This document shows, one piece after another, positions 1 through 8,451 of a stretch of 63,666 bases of DNA (its first letter is position 1; the number at the start of each line of letters is the position of its first letter). The notes under the pieces are model-generated. The model was not told where the DNA came from. It was given only the letters and a program-made list of their open reading frames with translations, and ran no database searches. Made by a program: the position numbers and the translations under genes. Origin of the DNA: Bacillota bacterium (GTDB lineage: Bacteria; Bacillota; Limnochordia; JAAZLZ01); assembly GCA_012521755.1 (NCBI GenBank), contig JAAYLV010000105.1, forward strand, positions 1 through 63,666. The letters run 5' to 3'.

Positions 1-167
1 GAGAAGCCACCTCCATGGGTTTTTTTGCCATTAACTCTATTTCGAGGATCGGCTTCTCGTTCCTCTTTCTCAGAGGTCTTCCTCAGTCTCCATCCCATCT
101 TTTCCCACAAACATTTTACACAGACTCGCTAAATTGCTGTTGGGCTGAGAAAATGACAGTAAAGAGG

Positions 168-201
168 CGTCGCCCTCTGGTCCTCTGGGGGCGACGTTTT
201 T
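168..201 (+). terminator. GC-rich hairpin followed by a T5 run (intrinsic-terminator-like). It lies about 50 nt past the end of the minus-strand amidase gene and may act in both directions.
   Basis: cgtcgccc (168-175) pairs with gggcgacg (189-196) around an 11-13 nt loop, followed by ttttt (197-201). On the minus strand the trailing tract (cctctttactgtcatttt) is only T-rich. Confidence 0.4.
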
Positions 202-250
202 CTTTCCTATCGGTGATCCTCCCTTGGCCATGGAGAGGGGATGCCCGGAG

Positions 251-1087
251 CTACGACAAAGCCGCTAGGATGCCGCGGTAGATGGCAGCCGCGGCCCGCT
301 GGCGGAAGGACGGCTGGAGGACGAGGGCCTCATCGCCAGGATTGGAGAGGAAAACGAGCTCCACCCAGGCGGCGGGGATCGGAAGCTCCCGGAGCAGGGC
401 GTGGTTTGTCTCTTTCACCCCTCGATCATAGGTTTCCAGCTCCCCGACCAGCTCCCCGTGGATGCAGCGGGCAAGGCGGATTGAAGGCCAGCGGCCGTTA
501 TGGAGGACTTCCGTGCCATGTTCCTCGGGATCGTAGGAGCTGTTGTGGTGCAAGGAGACGAGGAGGAAAGGTTGGAAGGTGCGGGCTGCTTCGGTGCGCT
601 CCCGGGTAGTGCAGCTCTCCCCTTCCAGGCGGGTTAAGGGGCCAAAGCCGCCCCCAAGTTCAATCAGCCGCTGGAGCCGGCGGGCAAGGTCCATGTTCAG
701 CTGTTCCTCATTGCAGTGGCGCCCCGCAACACCACCGTCCTGCCCCCCATGACCGGGGTCGAGGAGGATTGACTTTCCCCGCAGCAGGGGGTCTTCCTGG
801 CCCAGGACCCACGTGTTGCTGGACTGGTCCCAGTAGCATCCTGCCCGAAAAAACTTGGCAAGGACCAGGAGAGGAGCGTAGGCCAAGTCCCCCTCCAGGA
901 AGATGTCACCTTCCAAGGAAAGCTCTCCGCCAGGGCCGCTGAGCAAGGGGCCGCGGTCGACGAAGGTCAGCCTGCCCCCTAGGCGGGGTACGGCCCGCTG
1001 GAGGGGAACGTAGATGCCCTCCCCATGGCGGCGCACCCCGGGATGGATGTGTCGTCCGTTGATGATCAACTCTGCACGATGAACCAT
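251..1087 (-). CDS. N-acetylmuramoyl-L-alanine amidase (Amidase_3 family) with a roughly 95-aa N-terminal non-catalytic region
   Basis: 278-aa ORF. Contains 'ILLDPGHGGQDGG', 'LVSLHHNS', 'GTEVL' and 'AAWVELVFLSNPGDEALV', typical of zinc amidase_3 cell-wall hydrolases. Confidence 0.85.
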   Translation of the reverse strand: MVHRAELIINGRHIHPGVRRHGEGIYVPLQRAVPRLGGRLTFVDRGPLLSGPGGELSLEGDIFLEGDLAYAPLLVLAKFFRAGCYWDQSSNTWVLGQEDPLLRGKSILLDPGHGGQDGGVAGRHCNEEQLNMDLARRLQRLIELGGGFGPLTRLEGESCTTRERTEAARTFQPFLLVSLHHNSSYDPEEHGTEVLHNGRWPSIRLARCIHGELVGELETYDRGVKETNHALLRELPIPAAWVELVFLSNPGDEALVLQPSFRQRAAAAIYRGILAALS

Positions 1088-1149
1088 GGACCAGCCCCCC
1101 AGACGGCAGCTTATGCTATATGATACTGCCGGGGGGAGGGAAGGGTGCC

Positions 1150-1635
1150 CTACTTCGTGTACTTATCCGCGACCTTGCTGGCCCCGAAGGAGTCGGGCTT
1201 GATGCGGGCATCGAAGCCGCTGCCCACAACCATGCCTACCACTTCCCTGATCAGGTCCTTCGTTTGGCCCTTTTCGCCCACATCCAAATGGATCTCCAGA
1301 TCTAAGTCCCCGTGGCCATTGCGGGCTAGTCGATCGGCAATGCGGCTGGCCACCCCCAAGCTGCGAGCCGTCTCGTAGTAGATCCGCTGACGAAGGCTGT
1401 GGCCGATGAACTGGTGATCACGGCAATAGTAGTACCGGGCGCCTTTCCCCAGCCGGTGGATGATGATCGCGGTGACAAAGCAGACATCGTCCCGGCTTTG
1501 GGAGTCGGTCCCGATGATCAGCTTGTACTTGTCCTCGGGATTGGACTGGATGTAGGCCAGGATATCGTCAAACATTTCATCAATGGTCATTCGACCTTTG
1601 CTGGGGCTGATAAAATACTCCATATCCCGCGTCAA
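1150..1635 (-). CDS. ykuK: YkuK/DUF458 family (RNase H-like fold) protein
   Basis: 161-aa ORF. 'YKLIIGTDSQ...VCFVTAIIIHRLGKGARYYY' and the C-terminal 'HLDVG..G.T' region match my recollection of the DUF458 family. Confidence 0.7.
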   Translation of the reverse strand: MTRDMEYFISPSKGRMTIDEMFDDILAYIQSNPEDKYKLIIGTDSQSRDDVCFVTAIIIHRLGKGARYYYCRDHQFIGHSLRQRIYYETARSLGVASRIADRLARNGHGDLDLEIHLDVGEKGQTKDLIREVVGMVVGSGFDARIKPDSFGASKVADKYTK

Positions 1636-1655
1636 CGCCTTTCAGAGGACTGCTC

Positions 1656-2549
1656 CTACATTCCTTCCCCCTCGTCCCCATTCCTGCCCGCAACATCTTG
1701 AATTTTCCCCACCCTTTGGAATTCCATCCATAGACTGAGGAATTCCTCCGGGGTGAGGCTCTCACCCCGCCGGCTAGGATCAATCCCGGCGCCAAGGAGG
1801 AACTTTTCCGTCTCTTCTTTGCTTAAAGGGTTCCACGGAGCCGCAGCTAGGGCATTGGCCAGGGTCTTGCGCCGCTGGCCAAAGGCGGCTCGAATTAACA
1901 GGGAAGGACCTTGCAGGTCCACCCCCAGGTCGTGTCGGGGAAGGAGGCGGACAACCGCTGAATCGACCTGGGGTTTGGGGTAGAAGACCTGCCTTGACAC
2001 CTTAAAGAGGATCTCGGCCCTGGCTTGCAAAGCAACGGCCACGGACAAAGCGCCGTAGGCCTTGGTGCCCGGCCGGGCAACCAGCCGCTCCGCGACTTCC
2101 CCTTGCACCATGATGACCATCATTTCCCACCCTTTCCACTCAAGGAAGCGGAAAACGATGGGGCTGGTAATGTAGTAGGGGAGATTGGCCACGACCTTGA
2201 TGGGGGATGCCTCCCCGAGGAGGGATGGGAGGTCTAGGGCCAGCACATCCCCCTCCACCACCAAGACCCGATCGGGCGGGAGTCTATCCCGGAGGACTTG
2301 GACCAAGGCGCCATCGAGCTCCACCGCAATGACCCGGGATGCCCGGCGGGCCAGCTCTTCCGTTAAGGTGCCTACCCCAGGGCCGATCTCCAACACCACA
2401 TCGTCCCCGGTGATGGCCGCCGCGTCAACAATCTTGTCACGAATGTTGCGGTCAATCAGAAAGTTTTGCCCTAGGGATTTTTTCGGCTGCAACCCGTATT
2501 TCTCCAGGACGGCCCTGGTATTCCTCCAGACTACCACATCCCCCGGCAT
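1656..2549 (-). CDS. rsmA: 16S rRNA (adenine1518/1519-N6)-dimethyltransferase RsmA/KsgA
   Basis: 'LGQNFLIDRNI' and the SAM-binding motif 'VLEIGPGVGTLTEELA'. 297 aa. Confidence 0.93.
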   Translation of the reverse strand: MPGDVVVWRNTRAVLEKYGLQPKKSLGQNFLIDRNIRDKIVDAAAITGDDVVLEIGPGVGTLTEELARRASRVIAVELDGALVQVLRDRLPPDRVLVVEGDVLALDLPSLLGEASPIKVVANLPYYITSPIVFRFLEWKGWEMMVIMVQGEVAERLVARPGTKAYGALSVAVALQARAEILFKVSRQVFYPKPQVDSAVVRLLPRHDLGVDLQGPSLLIRAAFGQRRKTLANALAAAPWNPLSKEETEKFLLGAGIDPSRRGESLTPEEFLSLWMEFQRVGKIQDVAGRNGDEGEGM

Positions 2550-2559
2550 GGGCCTCCCC

Positions 2560-3570
2560 CTACTCCAGGACGTAGACGGTCACGCGCCTGCGCCCAAAGT
2601 GAATGGCTTCCCGGTAAGTATCAAAACAAAGATCGATCCGGCGCCCTTTGATGGCGCCGCCCACATCCGCGGCCTCGGCAATCCCGTAGCCAGGGATGTA
2701 AAGCATGGTCCCCAACGGAATGACGCTGGGATCGACGGCAACAACCCCATAACCTGCCGGCACGCCCGTTGCGGTAAAGCCATCGGCCCACTTGCCGGTG
2801 CTTTCCGGCCCCGGATAGTAGGCGGTAGCTTCCATTTCGATAGCTTCCCGGTAGCGGATGGGCCCTTGGGGCGAAGCTAGGGTGCGAATGACGATTTTGG
2901 TGCCCACGGCGATGATCTTGTCTTGGGGCGGACGGACCACCCGGGTGGCGACCGTCTCCCGGCGGGCAAGGACGCCATCCTCGTAAGTTAGTCTAACCGT
3001 ATTGGCTCTGATTCCTTCCCGGCCCTCCTGCACGACCTTCCTTTTGCCTTTTTCCAGTTCCGGGTCTTTCTTCTCCCGGGAAGCATATGGAATTGGCTCT
3101 TCCTCGATGATCTCCTCTTGCTGCACCCGGGTCACCACAACCAGCGAGGACTCGGCGATGAAAACCTCCAGGTCTGGTTCGACCCGGTCCAAGGGCCCAA
3201 GCTCCACCCCCAGCCGCGCGAGGATCTCCCCCACCGGCTCCCCGGAAGTCAAGCTGGGCAGCTCCTCTCCATCGACGGCAACGACGACTTCGCTCGGTGC
3301 GAGGATCTCAACGAAGGTCTCTTTGTGCAGAGGTTCAGCGGGGGAAGGAAAGATGTCGTAGGTCTCATCCAAAGCTAAACCGGCGGCCTCTAGAGCATCG
3401 GCTACGGTGCGCCCCCTGGTGCGAAGATGGATCTCATCGGCGCCATGGTAAATGGTCACCTCTTTCAACGACCAGGGGCCCCATAGGTAAAGGCTGCCGA
3501 GCAGGGCCAACAAAAGGCCGATCCCCAGCAGGGGGAGAGCTTCTTTTTTCCTCAAGATCACCGGAAGCAT
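2560..3570 (-). CDS. yabE: YabE/RpfB-like cell-wall protein (N-terminal TM, 2x DUF348, G5, 3D/DPBB domain)
   Basis: N-terminal hydrophobic helix. G5-like 'KRKVVQEGREGIRANTVRLTYEDG'. 3D-domain 'MEATAYYPGPESTGKWADGFTATG...VAVDPSVIPLGTMLYIPGYG'. Sits next to rsmA as in Bacillus. Confidence 0.8.
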   Translation of the reverse strand: MLPVILRKKEALPLLGIGLLLALLGSLYLWGPWSLKEVTIYHGADEIHLRTRGRTVADALEAAGLALDETYDIFPSPAEPLHKETFVEILAPSEVVVAVDGEELPSLTSGEPVGEILARLGVELGPLDRVEPDLEVFIAESSLVVVTRVQQEEIIEEEPIPYASREKKDPELEKGKRKVVQEGREGIRANTVRLTYEDGVLARRETVATRVVRPPQDKIIAVGTKIVIRTLASPQGPIRYREAIEMEATAYYPGPESTGKWADGFTATGVPAGYGVVAVDPSVIPLGTMLYIPGYGIAEAADVGGAIKGRRIDLCFDTYREAIHFGRRRVTVYVLE

Positions 3571-3573
3571 AGT

Positions 3574-3768
3574 CTAATCCCCCGTCTCCAGGGGCCGCAG
3601 CTTGCTCAGCCGGGCAATGAACTCCTCCCGGTCCATGGAATCCATCTGATCGATTAGTTGAATGACCCCTTCCATCTCCGCCTCGGAGATTTGCCCTTCC
3701 TCTAAGAGCCGCTCATAGGCGGCGATGAAACGGAGCTTGACCCGCTCCATCTGGGTGAACAAGTCCAT
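3574..3768 (-). CDS. Hypothetical small acidic helical protein (64 aa), translationally coupled to dnaB
   Basis: Its ATG overlaps the dnaB stop (TAATG at 3766-3770) and GGGAGGA lies about 8 nt upstream. It ends 3 nt before the yabE-like start. I recognise no family. Confidence 0.45.
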   Translation of the reverse strand: MDLFTQMERVKLRFIAAYERLLEEGQISEAEMEGVIQLIDQMDSMDREEFIARLSKLRPLETGD

Positions 3769-5150
3769 TAGACATCCTCCCGATTAGCTTCATCGATAAA
3801 GCGGGTGTACTCAGGGATCCAGCGGAGGACCGCTTTGCCCGTTGGCCCCTTGCGCTGTTTGGCGATGATGACTTCCACTTGCCCCAAGGTTCCCTTCTCG
3901 GCCGCCTGTTCGGGGTAGTAGTAGTCATCCCGGTAGAGAAACATGACCACATCCGCGTACTCCTCGATGTTGCCGCTGTCCCGCAGGTCCGAGAGCATGG
4001 GCCGCTTGTTCTCCCGGCTCTCCACTCCCCGGTTGAGCTGGGAAAGGAGGATGATGGGCAAGTCAAGCTCCCCGGCCAAGTCCCTGATTTCCCTGACGAT
4101 GCTGCCCACCACGAGGGCCCAATTGCGCCGGTCATCGTCCGGCGGCCGGATGAGCTGAAGATAGTCGATGATCACCAGCCCCAGGTCCGGCCATTCGCTT
4201 TTCACCTTCCGGCCGATAGCTCGAATCTCTCCGACGCTCAGCCCCCGCTTGTCAACGATCTTCATGGGCAGGTCATACAGTTCGCTGAAGACGCTCTGGG
4301 TCTTGATGAAATCTTCTTCCCCGAGCTTGGTGTTGTAATCGAAGGCGGAAATGGGCCTTTCCGTTTGGTAGCGGAAAAGCTCGCTGATGACCATTCGATC
4401 GCCGATTTGCTCATCATCCATTTCCAAACTGAAAATCAACACGGGGATATTGCGCCTGGCCACATTGACCGCAAAGTTAAGGGCTAGCGCGGTCTTCCCC
4501 ATACTGGGCCTCGCCGCCAGGATGATCAGGTCCTTTTTCTTGAAGCCCGTGGTCAATACGTCAATGGACGGGAAGCGGACCGTGAGCCCATGGGAAGTCT
4601 TCCCTTCGCGCCTGGCGATGAGGTTGAGAAAACACTTGTTGAGGACGGTCAAGAGGTCTTTGGCGATCTCCCCATCGACCCCGTCCACGTTGGCCGCTTG
4701 GAAAATGAGCTCCTGGGCCTTGGCCTGGTAGGCCGGCAGGCTCTCCTCCGTCTCCAAGAGGATCATCTCTTCGATCTGGTGGGCTGCCTGGAGGATCCGC
4801 CTCTTGCCCGCCTTCTCCCGCAGGACCTCGATGCTGGGGCGCAGCTCCGCCTGGCTGATGAAAGACTGGGTCAGCCCGATGAGCAGCTCGTCGGGAGAGT
4901 CTAGTTCTTTCTCTTTGCGGAGCTTGCTGTAGACCTGGGTGTAGGAGATCTTGCCCCGAGTTTGGTAAAGCTCCCGGATGGCCCGGAAAATCTTCCGGTG
5001 GGCCGGATCGTAGAATAGGCTGTCGTCTAGAAAGTCGGCGATCTCGTCGATCTTGTCGGGATAACGAATCAGGATTCCTAAAACCCTGCGTTCTGCATCT
5101 AAGTCGCACGGGACAAAACTAACTTGTTGGTCCCTAGCTGCCACATTCAT
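3768..5150 (-). CDS. dnaB: Replicative DNA helicase DnaB (DnaC in B. subtilis nomenclature)
   Basis: Walker A 'ARPSMGKTALALN', 'IIDYLQLI' and 'PIILLSQLNR'. The start is placed at the ATG at 5150 (GGAAGGAG about 10 nt upstream); the track ORF extends to a TTG at 5177. Confidence 0.93.
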   Translation of the reverse strand: MNVAARDQQVSFVPCDLDAERRVLGILIRYPDKIDEIADFLDDSLFYDPAHRKIFRAIRELYQTRGKISYTQVYSKLRKEKELDSPDELLIGLTQSFISQAELRPSIEVLREKAGKRRILQAAHQIEEMILLETEESLPAYQAKAQELIFQAANVDGVDGEIAKDLLTVLNKCFLNLIARREGKTSHGLTVRFPSIDVLTTGFKKKDLIILAARPSMGKTALALNFAVNVARRNIPVLIFSLEMDDEQIGDRMVISELFRYQTERPISAFDYNTKLGEEDFIKTQSVFSELYDLPMKIVDKRGLSVGEIRAIGRKVKSEWPDLGLVIIDYLQLIRPPDDDRRNWALVVGSIVREIRDLAGELDLPIILLSQLNRGVESRENKRPMLSDLRDSGNIEEYADVVMFLYRDDYYYPEQAAEKGTLGQVEVIIAKQRKGPTGKAVLRWIPEYTRFIDEANREDV

Positions 5151-5901
5151 CAGGATAAAGCTCCTTCCAGCGTTCAACTAGGTTGGGCTGAACCGTCCTG
5201 TAGGCGCCGGCATTGGGACAGCCTTCGTAGCTTTCCCCAGCCGCCTTCCCCTCGCCCGCAGCCCTAGTTGGCTTCTTGCGCTTAATCATGTCGGCCATGG
5301 TGCGGATGCCATCGTTGTACCAGTTCCTGAGGATCCCCTCGAGATACTGGATGCGGGGCGTCGGCGCGCTGCGGACCATCTCGTGGATGGCCAAGGCCAC
5401 CACATCCGCGCCCATGCCCTTCTCCTCGACCCACGCGCGGAGCTTCTCATACTGAACCGGGCCGAGCAGCCCCACCTTCTTGTGGTAGATGCTGAGAACA
5501 GCCTGCAAATCGTCATTCTTGACGGGCAAAGGCTCATCATCTATAGGTTCTTCCTTGGCCGCGGCTAAACCTTCGGGAAATACCCGGAGGAATTCCTCCT
5601 CGCTTAAGGGATCGTTGACCACATGGGTGCCGTCGTCGAGGATGTCGAGGAGCCCCGCGGCGACTAGGGCCCGCAGGCCGGCATCGATCTGTTCCCTCGT
5701 CAACCCGGTATAAAACTGGAGGGTTTCCATCAAGTCCCCCTCCAATTCCTGCTCAGCCAGCCAGCGAATATTCAGCCAGAGAATCGTCGCGGTTGGACCT
5801 AACGCGGGTTGATAAAGCTCAAGTAATTCCCTTGAGACCTGAATCGGGTGAGGGGCTTGGCGACCTTCCACAAGTGTCGTCTTACTTGAGCTCGCCCTCA
5901 T
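5134..5901 (-). CDS. DnaD-domain replication initiation protein (DnaD/DnaB_2 C-terminal domain, wHTH-like N-terminus)
   Basis: 'YHKKVGLLGPVQYEKLRAWVEE...IQYLEGILRNWYNDGIRT' resembles the DnaD/DnaB_2 repeat. Its 3' end overlaps the dnaB start. Confidence 0.7.
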   Translation of the reverse strand: MRASSSKTTLVEGRQAPHPIQVSRELLELYQPALGPTATILWLNIRWLAEQELEGDLMETLQFYTGLTREQIDAGLRALVAAGLLDILDDGTHVVNDPLSEEEFLRVFPEGLAAAKEEPIDDEPLPVKNDDLQAVLSIYHKKVGLLGPVQYEKLRAWVEEKGMGADVVALAIHEMVRSAPTPRIQYLEGILRNWYNDGIRTMADMIKRKKPTRAAGEGKAAGESYEGCPNAGAYRTVQPNLVERWKELYPDECGS

Positions 5902-6179
5902 AATCAGTCCTCCTTTGACTGCCTTCTCCCTTCCATCATATCAGCTAGTCCCCCCGATCACCAGTCTTGTGGACGGCAAGGCCAGGGGGAGATGGGCCCT
6001 AAAGATCAACTTTGGCCTTCTCTTTGGGCCTTTCCGCCTTTAAAGCAATTTGTCTTCCCTGCAGGAAAACAATCAACACGAAGCCCTGGGGGCAAGCAAG
6101 GGACAATGGTCCCCTCGACCGCCCGCTGCACCCCAGCGCCGCAAGGAAGGGCATTAAAGCGAGAGCTGCCGCAGCCGAA

Positions 6180-7280
6180 TTAAGCGTCTTCTTCGTAGAA
6201 GAGGGTAGACCGGCTCTTTTCCCGGTGATGTTCGAGGGCCAGTTTAATCAAGCGATCGAGGAGCTGGGAAAAGGTAAGCCCCGATGCCTCCCACAGCTTC
6301 GGATACATGCTGATCCTAGTGAAGCCGGGGATGGTATTGATTTCGTTGACTAAGACGGACCCGTCGGGACGCACAAAAAAGTCAACCCGGGCCATGCCCA
6401 TACAATCGATAGCTTGGAAGGCCTTAACGGCCAGCTCCTTCACCTTCTCCTCCACCCCGGGGGAGAGCCGCGCGGGAATGATGAGCTGGGAATTGTCGTC
6501 GATGTATTTGGCCCGGTAATCATAGAATTGGTTGCCGGGGACGATCTCGCCGACGATGGAGGCCTCAGGGGACTCATTCCCCAAGACCGCGCACTCCACC
6601 TCCTGGCAGGGAAGGGCCGACACTTCAATCAGGATCCGGTGATGGTACTTGCCCGCCAGGGCCATGGCCCTCTCCAGCTCTCCTTTGTCCCTGACCATGC
6701 TGACCCCGACGCTGCTTCCCAGGGCCACAGGCTTGACAAAACAAGGAAAGCCGATGGACGCCGCGATCTTAGCTGCCGAGCCGTCCGGATCCTCCTCCCA
6801 TTCCTTCCGCCTGATGGTCATGTGCCTGGCGGTGGGCAATCCCGCGGCCTGGAACACCCGTTTCATGATGTCTTTATCCATTCCGACGGCCGAGCCGGTC
6901 ACCCCGGCACCGACGTAAGCCGCGCCAGCCAGCTCGAAAAGACCCTGGATTGTGCCATCTTCCCCCATGGGGCCATGGAGGATGGGTATGAAAACGTCCA
7001 CCTGGGGGCCGAACCTGCCCTCATCGAGGAGGTAAAGCCGCCCCTCCGCGGGAATGGGCAAGAGAGCAACTCTTTGGCCGTCCTCCCACCAGCGCTCATC
7101 CCAAGGCCCTCCGCCGGGAGGGCAAAGCCGCCACTGGCCGTCTTTGGCGATGCCGATGGCCATAACTTCGTAAGCCTCCCGATCCAAGTTGGCCAACACC
7201 GCGGCGGCGGACTGCAAGGATACCTCATGCTCCCCCGAGCGCCCGCCAAACAGCACTGCCACCCGCAATTTATCCGTCAA
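6180..7280 (-). CDS. ddl: D-alanine--D-alanine ligase
   Basis: 'VAVLFGGRSGEHEVSLQSA', ATP-grasp 'FVKPVALGSSVG', C-terminal 'EINTIPGFT'. Confidence 0.93.
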   Translation of the reverse strand: MTDKLRVAVLFGGRSGEHEVSLQSAAAVLANLDREAYEVMAIGIAKDGQWRLCPPGGGPWDERWWEDGQRVALLPIPAEGRLYLLDEGRFGPQVDVFIPILHGPMGEDGTIQGLFELAGAAYVGAGVTGSAVGMDKDIMKRVFQAAGLPTARHMTIRRKEWEEDPDGSAAKIAASIGFPCFVKPVALGSSVGVSMVRDKGELERAMALAGKYHHRILIEVSALPCQEVECAVLGNESPEASIVGEIVPGNQFYDYRAKYIDDNSQLIIPARLSPGVEEKVKELAVKAFQAIDCMGMARVDFFVRPDGSVLVNEINTIPGFTRISMYPKLWEASGLTFSQLLDRLIKLALEHHREKSRSTLFYEEDA

Positions 7281-7340
7281 CCCCGACTCCTCCTCGCAAT
7301 TGCCTTCTGCAGATACTATATGTTTCGTGGAAAAGATTAA

Positions 7341-8195
7341 TTAGTCCCCCGGCAGCGCGTCCTCTAGGGCCCTGGCCATGGCCTGCAGGGGGGCGGGTCG
7401 TCCACTCCAGATCTCAAGGGCCGCGGCCCCTTGATGGAGGAGCATTCCAAGTCCATCAACGGTGACGCAGCCTTGTCTGGCGGCGCCCTTTAACAGGCCC
7501 GTTAGGCGAGGCGTGTAGACGATGTCGCAAACGACCGTCTTGGCACTTAGCCACTCGTAAGGAAAAAGGCTCTCCTTTTCATCGCCCATGCCAAAGGCGG
7601 TGGCATTGACGAGGAGGGAACAGGAGCCGATGATCCGATCTAGATCGCCTGCAGTCCAACCATATCCCCGGGCGAAGACCCCAAGCCGCGCTTCGATCTC
7701 CTCGGCCAAGCGACAGGCCCGGGAGGAGTTGCGGTTGATCAAATGGATCTCCTCCACACCCGTCAAGGCCAGCTGCATGGCGATGGCCCGGGCCGACCCG
7801 CCCGCCCCCAGGATGACGACCGTCTCTCCCTGGGGCGACCACTTCCCCTCCAGGGACCGCAAAAAGCCGATGCCGTCAGTATTGTGTCCGATCAGTCGCC
7901 CGTCCTCACAGACGATGGTATTGACGGCCCCGATGAGCTCGGCTCCAGGGGAAACTTGGTCCATAAGCTTGAGGGCCTCTTCTTTGTGGGGGATGGTGAC
8001 GTTGGCGCCGCGCAGGCCCAGGGCGAGGAGGCCGGCGATGGCCCGGGGAAGGTCCCCAGGCCTTACCGGCAGGGGCACATAAGCCCAATCGAGCCCCATG
8101 GCGGCGAAGGCGGCGTTATGCATGGCTGGGGAAAGACTATGTGCGACCGGCCAGCCGATGATGCCCAGAATCTTAGTGGAAGCACTGATAACCAT
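7341..8195 (-). CDS. aroE: Shikimate dehydrogenase AroE
   Basis: 'LGIIGWPVAHSLSPAMHNAAF', 'NVTIPHKE', 'ILGAGGSARA'. The start is placed at the internal ATG at 8195 (AGGTG 6 nt upstream); the ORF is open to 8246. Confidence 0.9.
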   Translation of the reverse strand: MVISASTKILGIIGWPVAHSLSPAMHNAAFAAMGLDWAYVPLPVRPGDLPRAIAGLLALGLRGANVTIPHKEEALKLMDQVSPGAELIGAVNTIVCEDGRLIGHNTDGIGFLRSLEGKWSPQGETVVILGAGGSARAIAMQLALTGVEEIHLINRNSSRACRLAEEIEARLGVFARGYGWTAGDLDRIIGSCSLLVNATAFGMGDEKESLFPYEWLSAKTVVCDIVYTPRLTGLLKGAARQGCVTVDGLGMLLHQGAAALEIWSGRPAPLQAMARALEDALPGD

Positions 8196-8451
8196 GATCT
8201 GCACCTGCCTAAACCTTCCAGGTCTATTTCCCCAGGAAAGGATCATAATAATGGGCGAGAGGCCGGTGAGATCTTGAGGTTCGGCGCGTTTCGCTGGTTA
8301 CCGCTTGGTTGCTAACGCAAACTGGGTCAGATCGGACCAGGCTTTAAGCCTCGCCAACCACCAAGAGCCCGGTCTCTCCAACAAGAGGCCGGTGAACCCT
8401 GAAATTCCCAAGAGGCTTTCTCGCCTTTAAGGGTCGCCGGCCTCGCCACGT

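Noticed and set aside
8247-8451. A T-box-like fragment ('GGTGGTTGGCGAGG' plus 'GGAGAGACCGGG') on the minus strand between the Lon-family gene and aroE.
   Set aside because: There is no terminator/antiterminator pair, no U-run and no GA motif or specifier-loop context. The resemblance is limited to a few GC-rich bases.
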